From positions 1-64,000 of the forward strand of contig RSEE01000117.1 in the NCBI GenBank assembly GCA_003971905.1: a stretch of 64,000 nt of DNA, written 5' to 3'. Below are positions 26,946-40,047 of the stretch, piece by piece. This DNA is from Moniliella sp. 'wahieum' (Eukaryota). The notes under the pieces were generated by a model, which was given only the letters and a program-made list of their open reading frames with translations, did no database searches and was not told the origin of the DNA. Position 1 is the stretch's first letter, and every line of letters begins with the position of its first letter. The position numbers and the translations under genes are program-made.

Positions 26946-29713
26946 GCGACTAGGCGGAAGGCTGGCGCATAGGCGAGCGGTGGAGTGGGGCGGAGTGGGG
27001 CGGAGTGACGGAGGCAGAGTGGTGTCGAGGCAGAAGAAGAGGGCTTGGGCTGCTCGGCTGGGGGAAGAAGGTGGGCCGTCCAACAAGACAGGGAAGCTCG
27101 CTTGAGGCACTAGGTCTTGGGGGTTGGGTGACGTCAAGTTAGGCCGTAGGCCGTACGGCAGTAGAAGGGTGCCTTGTGCCACCGCTCTGCAAGCCCAGAG
27201 AGCAGTACGCCACGGTGTCTCTCACTCCTCAGAGTCTCAGATCTCAAATCACCCCTCTCACACATCCAAGCTCTTCCCCGATCGGCCCTCGGCATCATCT
27301 AGACCATCATCACCCATCCCACGTGGCACACAGTGGCTGGCGCCCGCCCCATCGAGTACGCCTATAACATCGACCCTAGTACACTCAGGATACAGGACGT
27401 ACTCAGTTGAGTACTCACAGGGTTACTAGTTACTATTAGCTGGTTACTGGTGGTACTATAGAGTGCTAGCTGCTCACCATGACGTGCATGATGAGTGATA
27501 ATCGTTAATCGTTAATTCACGCTGCCGCACGGAGGGAGAGTTGGACGTTGATCGTGACGGAGTGATCAAGATCGGAGGGTGTGGATGGAGAGATGGAGGG
27601 AACCCTGGGAGCTTGGTCGGAGCTTAGTTAGCGCTTGTTTTGCAGCCTGGAATTGCAGCGTTCCCCCATTCAAAATGGTCCCTTTTTGGGAAGCTTGAAG
27701 TTTGATGGAGCAAGGGAGCGTGGAGCCACACTACGCCAGGCCATGCCTGGGCGTGCTGCCTGCGCCCACTAGGCCCTGTTAGGCCTGGGATCTAAAAGAT
27801 CAATAGGACGGCCCCTCCGATCGGCCGTCCGTCGACACAGCAGGGACGTCGATCTCCAGTCTTCTTCAGCCGCTCCAGGGAGGCAATCACATGTCACACT
27901 CATCACCAGGGACTTGCGCCTGTCACATGTCAGTGCACCCGTGCCGCACCCAGCCGTATGTGCCCTCTTGAGTGAGTTCAACGTTGTACATTTTACGTTA
28001 CCGGTTACCGCGTTACCGGTTACCGGTTACCCATTTTCCCGTTGAATTTCTTGCAAGCATATGGGATCTCGCATCCCAGTCAGACAGCTCCAGGGCCTGT
28101 GTCCAGCTCCACTCGCCCCTCGCCACTCGCCACTCGCCACAACGCCACAACGCATCGCTCTCGTGCGCTCTCCAGTCTCCGCTTTCGTTTCCGTATCGAT
28201 CGCGCACCGCCCCACCGCCACCCGCTCTGTGGCAGAAAAAAGGGTCAAACGGGGTCACAAGGGTCGTCGGTGCCAAGGGGGGTCACCCATCACGTGTCAC
28301 CCGTCATCGATATCCACGACCCAGGGTGGCCCAGAGGACTCGTACGCAGTACGCAGGGCTCAGTACCTCAGTACGTCCAACGAACCGTCAGCGCCTCAGT
28401 ACCAGTACTGCGACTCAGTGCGCAGCACCAGTACTTGCATTTGTACACAACACTCTCCTCAGTACATGCCCAGTGCCCAATCCTCAAAGAAGTACTGGAA
28501 CGTACTCAACGTACTCAACGTACTCAACGTAACGTTCAATTGAATATTGAACGCCACCCGAGACCCTCCCCTTTCTTCGGCAGCGCCTTCCGCTGCCCTG
28601 GAGGAGCGGGAAGAAGCCTCTCGGCGGCAGGGCAGACCGACTGCTACGTATACTCTGCCTGCAGCAAGTCCTCAGGCCTCCGTACCTCCAGCACCTCCAC
28701 AACCTCCAGCTCCCCATCCTTCACCAAGGCCGATGGGCGCATCAAGCTGCACACGGGTGCTTAGCCAAAGCAGGCCAAAGCCTGAGCCAAAGGCTGCCTA
28801 CACGCCAAGCGTTTACTAACTTAGTAGCAAAGCTTAACAGCGCTTACTGGATCATATACTTGTGCCCGCAGCGGGCACAGTGCTGTGTGGTGGGGGGGAC
28901 CGTCGGCTCCTGGACCTGCCTGGACCCATGCGCCGGTGCACGCGTGCCGTGACGCCAGGGCCCAGACCCCAGCGACCCTATAACATGTAACGGCGAACCG
29001 GAAAACGTTAAAACTTGTTCCACCGTACGACACGTTGACGAGATTCAGCAGTTCGCACATTAACCCCCGTTTGTTAACCCTCCGTCACATGTCACAGCCT
29101 GTATAACACGTTTCTACTACGGTCCGATAATCGATAACCCAACGCTCAATACGTTCAACGACCCAACGTCCAGCGTCCAATAACGTCCAAAACGTTCAAC
29201 TAGGGGAACGCGCAACCCGGTGCTGCCAATTTCCAACCGAGCTCCGTTTTTTTTAATGTATTTTGAACGTGTATCCAACGCAAACCACCGAGATGGTGGT
29301 TGCGGCACACACAAAAGGGCATAACGCGCAGCGCGTAAGCGCTGCTCAGCTTGAAGGTTGATCGAGGATCCGAGTCTGAAGGACGTCGGTGCTTCAGCGC
29401 TTGGGTTATCCGGGTTTTCCATTGTGAAGCTTGAACCCTCCTCAGCACCTTTGGACCTTATATTAGCGTTGCACACGAAGCGCGTCAGCTGAGATGCTGC
29501 GTCGGTTTTTTTCCCTGTGGAAACATGTGCAAGCGCAAGTGTCGGTTAGCGGCTGTAGTGGATTCAATATTCACCATGCTCCATTGGTGCATGCATGATG
29601 TATGATGTGTGATGTATGGTGTCTTCTGTGTAAGAATGGGCAAGGCACGAGAGGTACGTGCGGAGCGGTCGATGGGTGAGGACGAGGAGTCGATCACCGG
29701 AGAGCGCTCAGAA

Positions 29714-29823
29714 AGCTGTCGTCCGTTAACGCCGGGATAGCTACGAGCTTCCAATGGGTTAAGGACTGAGAGCTGTCGTCCGTTGGACCGGGATAGCTAC
29801 GAGCTTCCAATGGGCCAAGGACT
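29714..29823. repeat. ~57-bp tandem duplication
   Basis: AGCTGTCGTCCGTT...CCGGGATAGCTACGAGCTTCCAATGGG..AAGGACT at 29714 and 29771. Confidence 0.9.
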
Positions 29824-30871
29824 AGTGCAACAGAGTAAACTGTGCACGAAAGAGAAGGGAACAGTCAGAGTAGCTTCTTGTAAGCTCCTGACGCTAGTCC
29901 AATCTTGAGTGCAACAACGGGAAAAAGGAAAGGGAAAGGGGACGCGAACGCAGCTAATGCTGCCGCGCTCAGGAGGCGGAAAGTCGAGATAGCTTCCGCT
30001 TACCAGTGGCGTGACCGACAAAGTCGATGATTTGTAATAGAGAGTATCACACATCCGCTAACATTCTGAATCCTTTTGGGCTTCCAGCTTTAAATTTGAG
30101 CGCACGTTTAAGGTTTGCCCCAATCACGGATTCAGACAGGGTGTGCATGGGTCCTTTTAGGGGCCTTAGTCTGCCTTCGTTCAGCGCTCAGCTCAGCCAG
30201 GCGCAGCCTTTGTAGGCCTTATTGTAGCCTAGGGCGCTTATTAGGGTTCTACGATCCTAATATCTCAACCCAGATCTCGAGCTTCTCAACACGCCAAAAA
30301 TCTTATGATCGTGACGCGTAATCCCATTGTGCATCTGCATCATGCATCAGCGTTGAGTACGTTTACCGGTTACCGGTTACCGTTTGCCAATCCCAAGCAC
30401 AACTCTATTTCCTACGTGCGAATTGCTTTGTTGGACCCCTCACGCTGAGGCCCAGGCTCAGGGCTTCAGGGTCCTCATGACCTCAGGCCTCATGTTTTTC
30501 AAGCTCCGCGTCGGAAATCATCGATCATCGATCACTAGCACTAGCGATCTATTGCACTGCATCATGCATCAAGCTTCAAGCTTCAAGCTTCCAGCTTCGC
30601 ATGCCCCCATGTCACATGTCGCACTGGCGGCGCATCTGTGCCACAGGTATGTACGTACTTCGTACACCCTTCGGCCGAACAAGGCCGACAACTGAAGCCG
30701 AGAGCCTACCACTTAATATACTGTTGGGCTCACACAAGAGGGTAAAAGGACACTGTCACGGGCGGGCGCCGCCAGGGGCCTGCCTGGGGTTTTTGGGGTA
30801 CAATCCTTAGGCGACGGTAGGTCGACTCACGGTAGTTTCGGGCTTAGGCTGGTTGGTGTGTCCGAGCGGAG

Positions 30872-32375
30872 CTAGGGACGAGGAGAGGCCTTTGGTGGGG
30901 CTGCACGTGTGGCAAGGCTGCGTCTGCACCGGCTTGGGCCGTAGTAACGTGTCTGAAGCCTCCGGGACTTAGGGACGGGAGGAGGAGACAGCGGCCAAAA
31001 CACTGCCTCAACTGAGACTGGATAGGACTGGGAATCGACGCGGCCAGAGGAGGGCTCGCGCGACTGGACTGACGAATGGCTGGGGGACGAGTCGGAGGAG
31101 ATGTCGGACGCTAACAAGAGTAGGCTGCCTGTACTGGATCAATTGGCTGGAAAACGGGCAGGAGTCGGACAGGATAGGCGAGAGGGTAGACGAGGGGGTT
31201 GAGACGAGAGTGAGGACGAGAGATGACGAGAATGGAAGGTGGGGGAAAAGATCGCCATCAACAGGGGTACAGGCAGGATCAAAAGGAAACGGATACAAGA
31301 GGGGTGTAGAAAGGAAGACATGTCAAAAGCGGGGTTGGTCGCCATAGGCGCGACCAAGAAAGGAAACGGAAACGGGGACGGGACGGCAGATGCCGCCACG
31401 GCACTGGAAGCTTGGTGGCCTTATTTAGGCCGGCCGACTTGGGCTTGGGCGGGGGGCGACTATTGTCGCGCGGAGCATGGCCCTTCGGCCACGATACTTA
31501 ATTTAGCCAACCATCATCACACTTGGTTGGCCTGCGGTGCACGCTCTACTGGGCATGTGCGGAGCAGGCGGGCCTTAGCATGGGTCGGACCATCTCGTGT
31601 CCGCCGCAGCCCGTGACAGACACGGCCTTGTCCCGTACAAGAAGACCCGTTGGGCTTGCAGAGAGGACCTGAGGGACGTGTGCGAGGCGGCCCGTTCCGC
31701 CTCTGTTCCGCTCCTTCCTGTTGCGCCTCCGGGCTGCCTTCCCCTGATTGCACCAGACCATCTCCCCTTTGCCTTGCTCGCCTCCCCACAGGACGTTGGA
31801 GGCGGGCAATGTGATCCGGAGCAAGGGAAAACCCATGGTGGCCGCTCCCTCTTGCACATCAAACACGTGCACCGCCCCGTTCGCATACCCTGCATACAGA
31901 TGGTTCCCATTCGAGCTGATACTAAGCACCGATCCCACCTCGGACGACGGAGGTAGGAGATCGTGGAAGAAACGTGTGGCTCACCTGCTGTGTGCGCCAA
32001 GAGCACAACGCGACCATCGTCCGTGCCAAGGGCCAGGCGGGCAGGAGCATCAGCGAGGGTTGACGTGCTGGAACGTCGTATTGATGGGGCGTGTGGGGGC
32101 GCGGGGGGCAGGCCTGGAGCGAGGCCAGCGTACACGCACGTCTGTAAGCTCCAAGTCAAGAGTGGGCCGTGTGGCCCGACGCGATAGTAAGGCCAGAGGC
32201 AGGTGGGGAAAAGAGGGAGAAGGCTCGTACCGGGTCCTTGCTCGTATGGGCCTTGGGGCAAGTAGCCAACAGGCTCATGTCGGGTGCAACTGCAAGTAAC
32301 GCGGTGTGCCTTTGATTTCCCGGGCGGACTGGGACGGTCGTCGTACTTCGGGCGCCGCTGTGGACTTTTGGCCAT
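30872..32375 (-). CDS. WD40-like beta-propeller fragment protein (possibly truncated or decaying)
   Basis: Blade-like segments LLAVAPDMSLLAT, RLALGTDDGRVVLL and VLSISSNGNHLYAGYANGAVHVFDV lie in three frames. The 3' half is unclear, with stops near 31500. Confidence 0.5.
31358..31499 (+). repeat. Dispersed ~145-bp repeat, partner of 10675-10822
   Basis: See the 10675-10822 entry. Confidence 0.85.
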
Positions 32376-32791
32376 GTGGTAGTTGGGTTGAAGCGACGAG
32401 GATGCGGAAGAGGGGGCAGCAAGCGCAGCCCAGCACGCAAGAAAGCAAGCAACTAGCAACGCAATCGGACAGCTGGGTCTGTGTTATAGCCGCTGTGATG
32501 GGGTGGGTGTGGCACTGGGGTGGCCGACGGGCTGGGGGTGGGTCCATCATTTGGGGCTTCAAAAAGAAAAACAGGCAGGCCCCGTGCCGGTGCGCCTTGG
32601 TCGGCTGGTATCGCCAACTTGAATGTTCTCCTTTGCACGCACATCGTAAAGTACCCCCCGGCCGAAAACATTGCAAAAACCAACGCTGGGTTTTGCCCAG
32701 CCTCCCCGCTGCATTAGGTAAGCAGACCAGCAGCGCGTCGCGTTGGCGGCCCAGAGCAGAGAGAGGGTCAACTCGCCACGCGCCACCACCC

Positions 32792-34388
32792 ATGTCGTCC
32801 AACCCGCGCCCAAGTTCTGGCCCTGCGTCCGAGCGGTCTTCGCGTCGCAGCTCTGCCCACGCATCTCGCGCAGCAAGTGCGGCGGAGCGTGCCCGGCTGC
32901 AGGCTTCGTTGGATCAGTTGCGAGAGGCCAATGACGCGTTGCGGTCCGAGGTGGAGCAGTTGCGCAGGGAGCAACAGCCTCCCCTTGCTGCTCCACCAGC
33001 AGGGGACGAGATGGTATCCGACGACCAGATTGAGAAGCTTCTGTCCCAGTTGGATGACAATGCCTTGTTCGTGCCTTGCCCTGCCTTGCCTTGCCTTGCA
33101 TTTTTTGTTTTGCGAGGGCGCTGACCCTTTGGCAGGACGGCGTTGCTCTCCCACAACGACCAGGTCATGCTCCACCAACTCCTTGGTTCCGAGCCTGCGA
33201 CAACCGAAGATCCCTCCCTGGCATCAACAGCTGCAAAGGCATTCGCCGCCATCCCCGCTCCAGCCCTGAGCGCAGGAATTGAAGGTGTGGGCTCAGGGCT
33301 GGAAATTGACTATCGCTTGGCGACAGGAGAGGCGGATGGCGAGGGCCATGTGCTCAAGAGGAGGAAATTAAGTGAAAAGCCCAGTGAGGCCTGGATGGAG
33401 GAATGGCTTACCGCTCGCCGGAGAAGGGGAGAAAAGTTGCTGTCGACCTTGGAAAGCTATACCGGACTCACCATTGATGCGGTACAACAGTCCCCAATCG
33501 CGCCCTCTTCCCAACAGGCCTCTTCCTCCTCCGTCTCGGTCCGCGGTACGGTTGCCCATGTTGGCCCTGTTGAAGTGTCGTTTGATGTGCTTCGTTTTGG
33601 TGCTGGAATGGCGCCTCGTGTGGAGCGGGTGGAAATTGGTTTGCCTACGGCTGTGCGAACAGCCATCGAGCAAGACGGCCATTTGGAAAGGTGCGCCCTT
33701 ATGGCCCATGGGCTTCGACTGGTTATCCCGTGCTAACTTTTTTCTGATTCAGGCTTGTGAGCGAGACCAACCTACCCTCGATCTTTATGACGCTTTCCTC
33801 GCTTGTGGAGGGGGCTGCAGCGCGGCGCAAGGTGTTTGCCGCGATCCGGTCCAGGGTGCAGCTCAGCGCTCCCGATGCTCACGTGGCCAACGACACTGAG
33901 CTGGGGTTGGACAACGAGACGCTGGATCTGACGGACGAGCAAGACGTGCAGAGGTGGTATGACCCTGCCACGGCCGAGACCTTGGTCTTGCGCAACGCTC
34001 GGTGCGTCCATCCCCATTTTCGGCCGTTGATAGTAAGCTAACACGAACCTGCTAAACCTGGACAGAGGCACCGAACTTCGCTTCCACTATCGTTTGACGT
34101 TTGACTACTTTGGTCGTGGTTTACGGAGCGTGACACTGGAGCCCTGGCTTCCACCAGCTAGTATGTGTGTATTCGAGTGTGCTTGCGACCGTGCTGACCT
34201 GTTTCTCGCCAGTGCGCAATACTCAGACGGCCGAGATTCTGGGGCCTATGCCCGAGGCGTTTGCCAAACTGGCCAGGGAGAAGCCGGGGATTGAGGGGTG
34301 CCAGACACAGCTGTTCTGGCCGACATTGTGCTCAACTTCGCGACACACTTTTTCGGGGCAACCTGACCGCCTGCCCAACGGCAGCTAG
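32792..34388 (+). CDS. CENP-P/Ctf19-like inner kinetochore protein (coiled coil + tandem RWD-like region), multi-intron
   Basis: N-terminal coiled coil (ARLQASLDQLREANDALRSEVEQLRRE), then LESYTGLTI...VEVSFDV, ETNLPSIFMTLSSLVEGAAARRKVFAAI, ELRFHYRLTFDYFGRGLRSVTLEPWLP and LGPMPEAFAKL..GIEG. These segments parallel the CENP-P pattern as I recall it. GT..AG introns at about 33071, 33691, 34002 and 34160. Confidence 0.6.
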
Positions 34389-34735
34389 CACCTGGAATGG
34401 TTCATGACGAGTGATGGCGTGTCCCATTCGGTCGGTGCACGAGCTGGTCTCCACCTTGTATAACGAAAGTCAAGCAAGTCTCGGCAGGGCAGAGGGAAAA
34501 GCGAAGGCTAGGGTTGTCTCCGGCCGCTATGCATTACCATTGCCCATTAGTAATAAATGAAATGTAAGGGCTCCGACACTGCCCGGTGCCTGTGTTGGGC
34601 GCTGGGACCGGCTGGGCAGCGGCAGGCTTTGGCTTTGCGATCCAACCTCCTCGCCGCTTCCTGTCGCTCTGCCCGCCATCCCCATATCCCTATCCCGCTG
34701 CCCCGACCCTAGTCCCCCCCGAGGCGCTGCCCGTC

Positions 34736-37102
34736 ATGCTGCGCCCCTCGATCGCCACCACGGGACGTCTGTCCCTGTGCCGCCCCCGTGTGTGCGCACG
34801 CACCTCTGCCGCGGCCCCCCGCCTCCTCTCCACCTCGGCCCGCGCCGCGCAGGCCACCCCGGCCGACATCAAGATGGTCAAGCTCACCGTCGATGGCAAG
34901 GACGTCGAAGTGCCACAAGGGTACGGTTTCTCTTTCATGTTCACCTTTCTCCCCCTCCCCCCCCCCCCTCTGCGCACCTAACCCTCCCCTTCCCGCCTGT
35001 TTGCCGTTACTAACTGCCTGTGCAGGACGGCGCTGATCCAAGCGTGCGAGCAGGCCGGTGCCCAGATCCCGCGGTTCTGCTACCACGAGCGCCTCAACGT
35101 CGCTGGCAATTGCCGTATGTGCCTTGTAGAGAGCAAGGGTGCGCCCAAACCGTTGGCTTCCTGTGCATTTCCCGCCATGCCGGGGCAGGTGATCAGCACC
35201 ACCTCCTCGGCCAAGGTCAACTCGTGGCGAGAAGGGGTGATGGAGTTCCTCTTGTCCAACCACCCGCTTGACTGTCCCATTTGCGATTGGGGTGGGGAAT
35301 GTGACCTGCAGGACCAGTCGATGCGCTACGGTGCGGACCGTGGCCGGTTCCACGAAGTCAAGGGGAAGCGAGCGGTTGAGGACAAGTACATGGGACCGTT
35401 GGTCAAGACGGTGATGACGCGGTGCATTCACTGTACCCGTTGTGTGCGTTTCTCCAACGAGATTGCGGGTGTGCAGGAGATGGGGACGACGGGACGAGGG
35501 AACGATTTGCAGATTGGCATGTATGTGGAACAGGTGCTCAACTCGGAACTATCGGGCAACGTGATTGATCTGTGTCCGGTGGGTGCGCTGACGAGCAAAC
35601 CGGGTGCGTTCCATTCGCGTCCATGGGAATTGAAGAACACGGAATCGATTGATGTGCTTGACGCGGTTGGGTCGAACATTCGTGTGGATTCGCGTGGCGT
35701 GCAGGTCATGCGCGTCTTGCCGCGCACCAATGACGATGTGAACGAGGAATGGATCAATGACAAGACGCGCTTTGCCGTCGATGGTCTCAAGTACCAGCGC
35801 CTTACCGCCCCGCTCATTAAACAGGGCGACCGTTTCGTCCCAGCCACCTGGCCCGAGGCACTAGCGTCCATTGCTGCTGGGTTGATCTCGACCCAGGCGG
35901 AGGGAAATGAGATCAAGGCGGTGGCAGGTGCGTTGGCGGACACCGAGTCGCTCGCTGCGCTCAAGGACCTGGTGAACCGTCTTGGTTCCGACAACACTGT
36001 TGTTGACCTGCCCGGCGGCGACAAGCCGAGCATCAACGGTGTCGATATTCGTTCCAACTACTCGTTCAACGCTGGCATTGCTGGTATTGAGGACGCGGAT
36101 GTGGTTCTGTTGGTCGGAACCAGTCCGCGGCACGAAGGCACGTTGGTCAATGCCCGACTGCGCAAGGCCTTCCTCCGTCTGGGTCAGGACTTGGGCTTGG
36201 TAGGCGAGCCAGAAGACTTGACGTACGACTATGCTCATGTGGGCACGGACGCGACGGCGCTGCAGGAGGTTCTGACGGGCTCTTCGGAGTTTGCTCAAAA
36301 ATTCCAGGCGGCCAAGAAGCCCATGATCATTGTTGGCAGTGCCGTGTTGGAAAACCCGGATGGGAAGCACATTCTCAGTGGCATTGCCAGCACATTAAGG
36401 ATCATCAAGACCAGTTCCTCACGCCCGATTGGAACGGATTGAGCCTTCTGCAACGCACGGCCTCCCGCAACGGTGCGAACGAGCTTGGCTTTGCTCCTTC
36501 TCAGGAAGCCGAGAAGACGGAACCCAAGTTCATTTACCTGCTCAACGCAGACGACTTTGACCCTACTTCGATCCCCGAGGAGGCGTTTGTAGTGTACCAA
36601 GGCCACCACGGCGATGTGGGTGCGCAGTATGCGGACGTGGTCCTGCCCGGTGCGGCGTACACCGAGAAGAGCGTGACGTACGTCAACACTGAGGGCCGCA
36701 CTCAGCTTACCCGTGCCGCTGTGCCACCGCCCGGGGCGAGCCGGGAGGACTGGAAGATTGTACGGGCGCTGTCCGAGGTGCTGGGTGTAACGCTACCGTA
36801 CGACAGTACGCTGGAGCTGCGGGACCGGCTGTTTGACCTGTCTCCGACGCTGGTGCGGTACGATGTTGCGGAAACCACTGGTCCTGCCACTGCGCGTGTT
36901 GGGTCTGGACCAGCTGATTGCCTGTGGCAGCCTGGCCGAGGCCAAGGGTGTGCCGCTGGTCAATCCGATCAAGAACTTTTACCAGACCGACCCGATCAGC
37001 CGTGCGTCGCCAACGATGGTCAAGTGCGTCAAGGCCTTTATTGAGAAACTGCCGCAGGAGCAGATTGAGGATCCGCTGCCACCCCATGCGCGTCTTGGGT
37101 AA
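34736..37102 (+). CDS. NDUFS1: NADH:ubiquinone oxidoreductase 75-kDa Fe-S subunit (complex I)
   Basis: Mitochondrial presequence, IPRFCYHERLNVAGNCRMCLVE, NHPLDCPICDWGGECDLQDQ, MTRCIHCTRCVRF, GNVIDLCPVGAL and YVNTEGRTQ; intron 34921-35025. Confidence 0.97.
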
Positions 37103-37754
37103 GGCCAAGGCTGGCTGGCCCGTGGTTTGTGCCACGCCTCTCGTGCCCCACGGCACTCTCACGAAGCTGGTGGTACTATGTGCATTGCATGTGACTCGTG
37201 ACTCGACTGGACAGCCCTCTGGCGCGGTCGCATTGGCGCGTGGGGAGGGAGCGTGAGAGACACGGAGGGAGGTGTGCGCGAAGGGCAGGGGGGACGGAGG
37301 ATGTAGACTCTGGCGCTCTGCACAACACAGAGGGAGGGCGTGCGGGGCAGAGGTGGAGCGGCGGCAGGCAGCGGATGGGAACGGAAGCAGGCGGCGTGCT
37401 GGGCAGACAAAGACAGGGGGGTGGCGGCGTAGCTGGTGGGACGTGCGTCAAGAGCTAGCTTCGCTTCATGTGAGATCGAGAGAGGAGTAATGATGGACCC
37501 CCAGGCGGCAGGACAGTCGTCTCTGCGATGCGCCATCGATAATCGATAACCATCGTCATCATCAATCAATGGGTTAGGGCGCGGGTGTCCCATGGGTTAA
37601 AGCATTAAGCACGTGCGATTCGATCCAAGTCCGTCGGCCTGCCCCCCGCACAGGGCCAGTCTCCGCGTCGTCAGCGGCTGATTTGGATTGCCGGCTGGAC
37701 GTGTTGCATCCGCCAGGCCATCTCCTACTACTTGTCGCTTCGCTTGCCGCTTGC

Positions 37755-37814
37755 CGCTTTGACCTTGACGCTTTGACCTTGACGCTTTGACCTTGACGCT
37801 TTGACCTTGACGCT
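37755..37814. repeat. 14-bp tandem repeat (CGCTTTGACCTTGA)x4
   Basis: Read directly in the MET2 5' region. Confidence 0.9.
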
Positions 37815-37863
37815 TGCCCCCCCCTCCCCTCCTCCTCTTGCCATCGCCACCGATCCGATCAGC

Positions 37864-39448
37864 ATGTCTGCCGAGCAGCCGTGGAACCTGTACGAGGACC
37901 ACGGCGTCCCCGCCGAGCTGCTTCCGCCCCATCCCCGGTCCCACCTCGGTCCAATCCAGCCTGCTTGCCAGCGGCCAGTCGTACCTCCTCTTCCCGCGCT
38001 TCCGCCTCGACACAGGCACCGTCCTGACCAATGCAGTGCTGGCATACAAGACGTGGGGCGAGCTGGATCCGTCCACAAGGCGAATGCGCTGGTGGTCACG
38101 CATGCCCTGACGGGCAGTGCGGATGTGGAAGATTGGTGGGGCCCGCTACTGGGTCCAGGCAAGGTGTTTGATCCGACCCGCTACTTTATCGTTTGTGCCA
38201 ACGTACTTGGTTCCCCCTACGGCTCTTCCTCGCCCACGACCCACAAGGCAGGCGAGTTGACCCACGGTCCCTCGCCCCGGCCAAGGACGGGTCTGGGTGG
38301 TGGGGCCCCGACTTCCCCGAGACAGTGGTGTGGGACGATGTGCGGATTCAAAAGGCGCTGTTGGACTACCTTGGTGTACGGCACGTTGCCGCTGTGATTG
38401 GGGGTTCGATGGGCGGCATGGCCGTGCTGGAATGGCCGCTGTGCTTCCCCGTACGCTACTTTGTTCCCGGGTCCAAGGAGGAACAAGAACAAGAACAAGA
38501 ACGGTACATTGACGCGATTGTGCCGATCGCTACGGCCGCTTCGCATTCCGCATGGGGAATCAGTTGGGCCGAAACGCAGCGACAAGCCATCGCGTCCGAC
38601 CCGGCGTACCATGATGGGCATTACGATCCTTCCACCCCCCGCAATCGGGACTGGCCGCGGCTCGTATGGCCGCTCTGCTCACCTACCGTAGTCGGGAGAG
38701 CTTCGAATCTCGCTTTGGTCGGCGGACAGGCAACAAAAAGCTCGCCCCTTCTCCCGCCAAGGAAATTGCCCAGCGAGAGGGAACCGTCCCGGGCGAACTG
38801 GCCGGCGAACCGCCGGCCAAAAGCGTGTTTAGCGCCCAGTCGTACCTGCGTTATCAGGGTGACAAGTTTGTCAAGCGCTTTGACGCCAACTGCTACCCAC
38901 TTAGTCACAAGATGGATGCGCACGACGTGGCCCGCGGCCGTCTACTTGGGGGTCCCAGGGTGGCCAGGACCAAGAGTGGGCGGGGTTCTTGATTTCCGAT
39001 GACCAGTTGACCACGGTGGGAACTGCGCATGCGAGCGATACCTTTGGATCGGACGACGAGCATGCAGCTGCGGTGCAGTCCGTTTGGGGGTACTTTCGGT
39101 GGGAAGTACGCGGTTTGGTGCTTCGTCACCTGCTGTGCAGGTGGTGTCGATTGAATCTGATGGTCTGTTTGCCCGCCTGAACAAAGACTGTTGGCCAACA
39201 GCATCAAGGGCAGTGAATTTGACTCGGTTCACAGTTCGGATGGCCACGATGGATTCTTACTTGAGTTTGAGCAGATGGACGAGTACGTCCAACGGTTTCT
39301 CCAAGCCCATTTGGCTTCCATTTACGCCCCCGCCCAGGGCGCAGGCTGGGCCAAGTGGCACGATTGGCCCCACACCATCGAGGCGGGTCCGAATCATAAG
39401 GTCAAAGAATCTACTTTTGGCGAGGTGGAAGACCCAACGCGATGGTAA
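37864..39448 (+). CDS. MET2: Homoserine O-acetyltransferase
   Basis: LAYKTWG, HALTGSADVEDWWGPLLG, CANVLGSPYGSSSP, GGSMGGM nucleophile elbow, AQSYLRYQGDKFVKRFDANCY, SDGHDGFLLEFEQ and ESTFGEVEDPTRW*. Confidence 0.95.
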
Positions 39449-39942
39449 GGTGTACCCTTATTCGGCAGTAGATCACTGCCACTTTTTGGAAGTGTCTCCT
39501 TTGCCCGTGCGCTTCCACCCCATTTCCTGCTCCCCCCCCCCCCCCATTTTTAGCTCTGAACGCCTGAGCCCCTATGAGCCGCACGCTCTTGGGACGACGC
39601 CCAACCGTTCGGCCGTACTCTCTTTGTGTATCCAACATTGCATCCTGTACTTTGCGCATGTATCATGTATCAACTACCATGTCGGCGCGACCCGCGTGTA
39701 TCCAACTACATGGACCCCTCCTCCCCCCCCTCCTGCGCCGCCTCGCCCAATCACCATCACGATATCCCCATCGCTACAACTAGGTAGTTAGCAACCCCAC
39801 GAGTCGGCTCAAGCTATACATGTACAAAAATAGAACCATCCAATCTGTGGAGCCAAGCAAGCCAGCAAGCCATGGGCTGCCGCTTGCCACGCCACATGAC
39901 AAGCCACGACGCGGCGCCCAACCAACATCCGCCGGATCGAGG

Positions 39943-40047
39943 AGCATCAGCATCAGCATCAGCATCAGCATCAGCATCAGCATCAGCATCAGCATCAGCA
40001 TCAGGACCAGGATCAGGATCAGGATCATCAGGATCAGGATCAGGATC
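39943..40047. repeat. Compound (AGCATC)n-(AGGATC)n hexamer repeat
   Basis: Abuts the VPS24 stop codon, in its 3' UTR. Confidence 0.9.
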
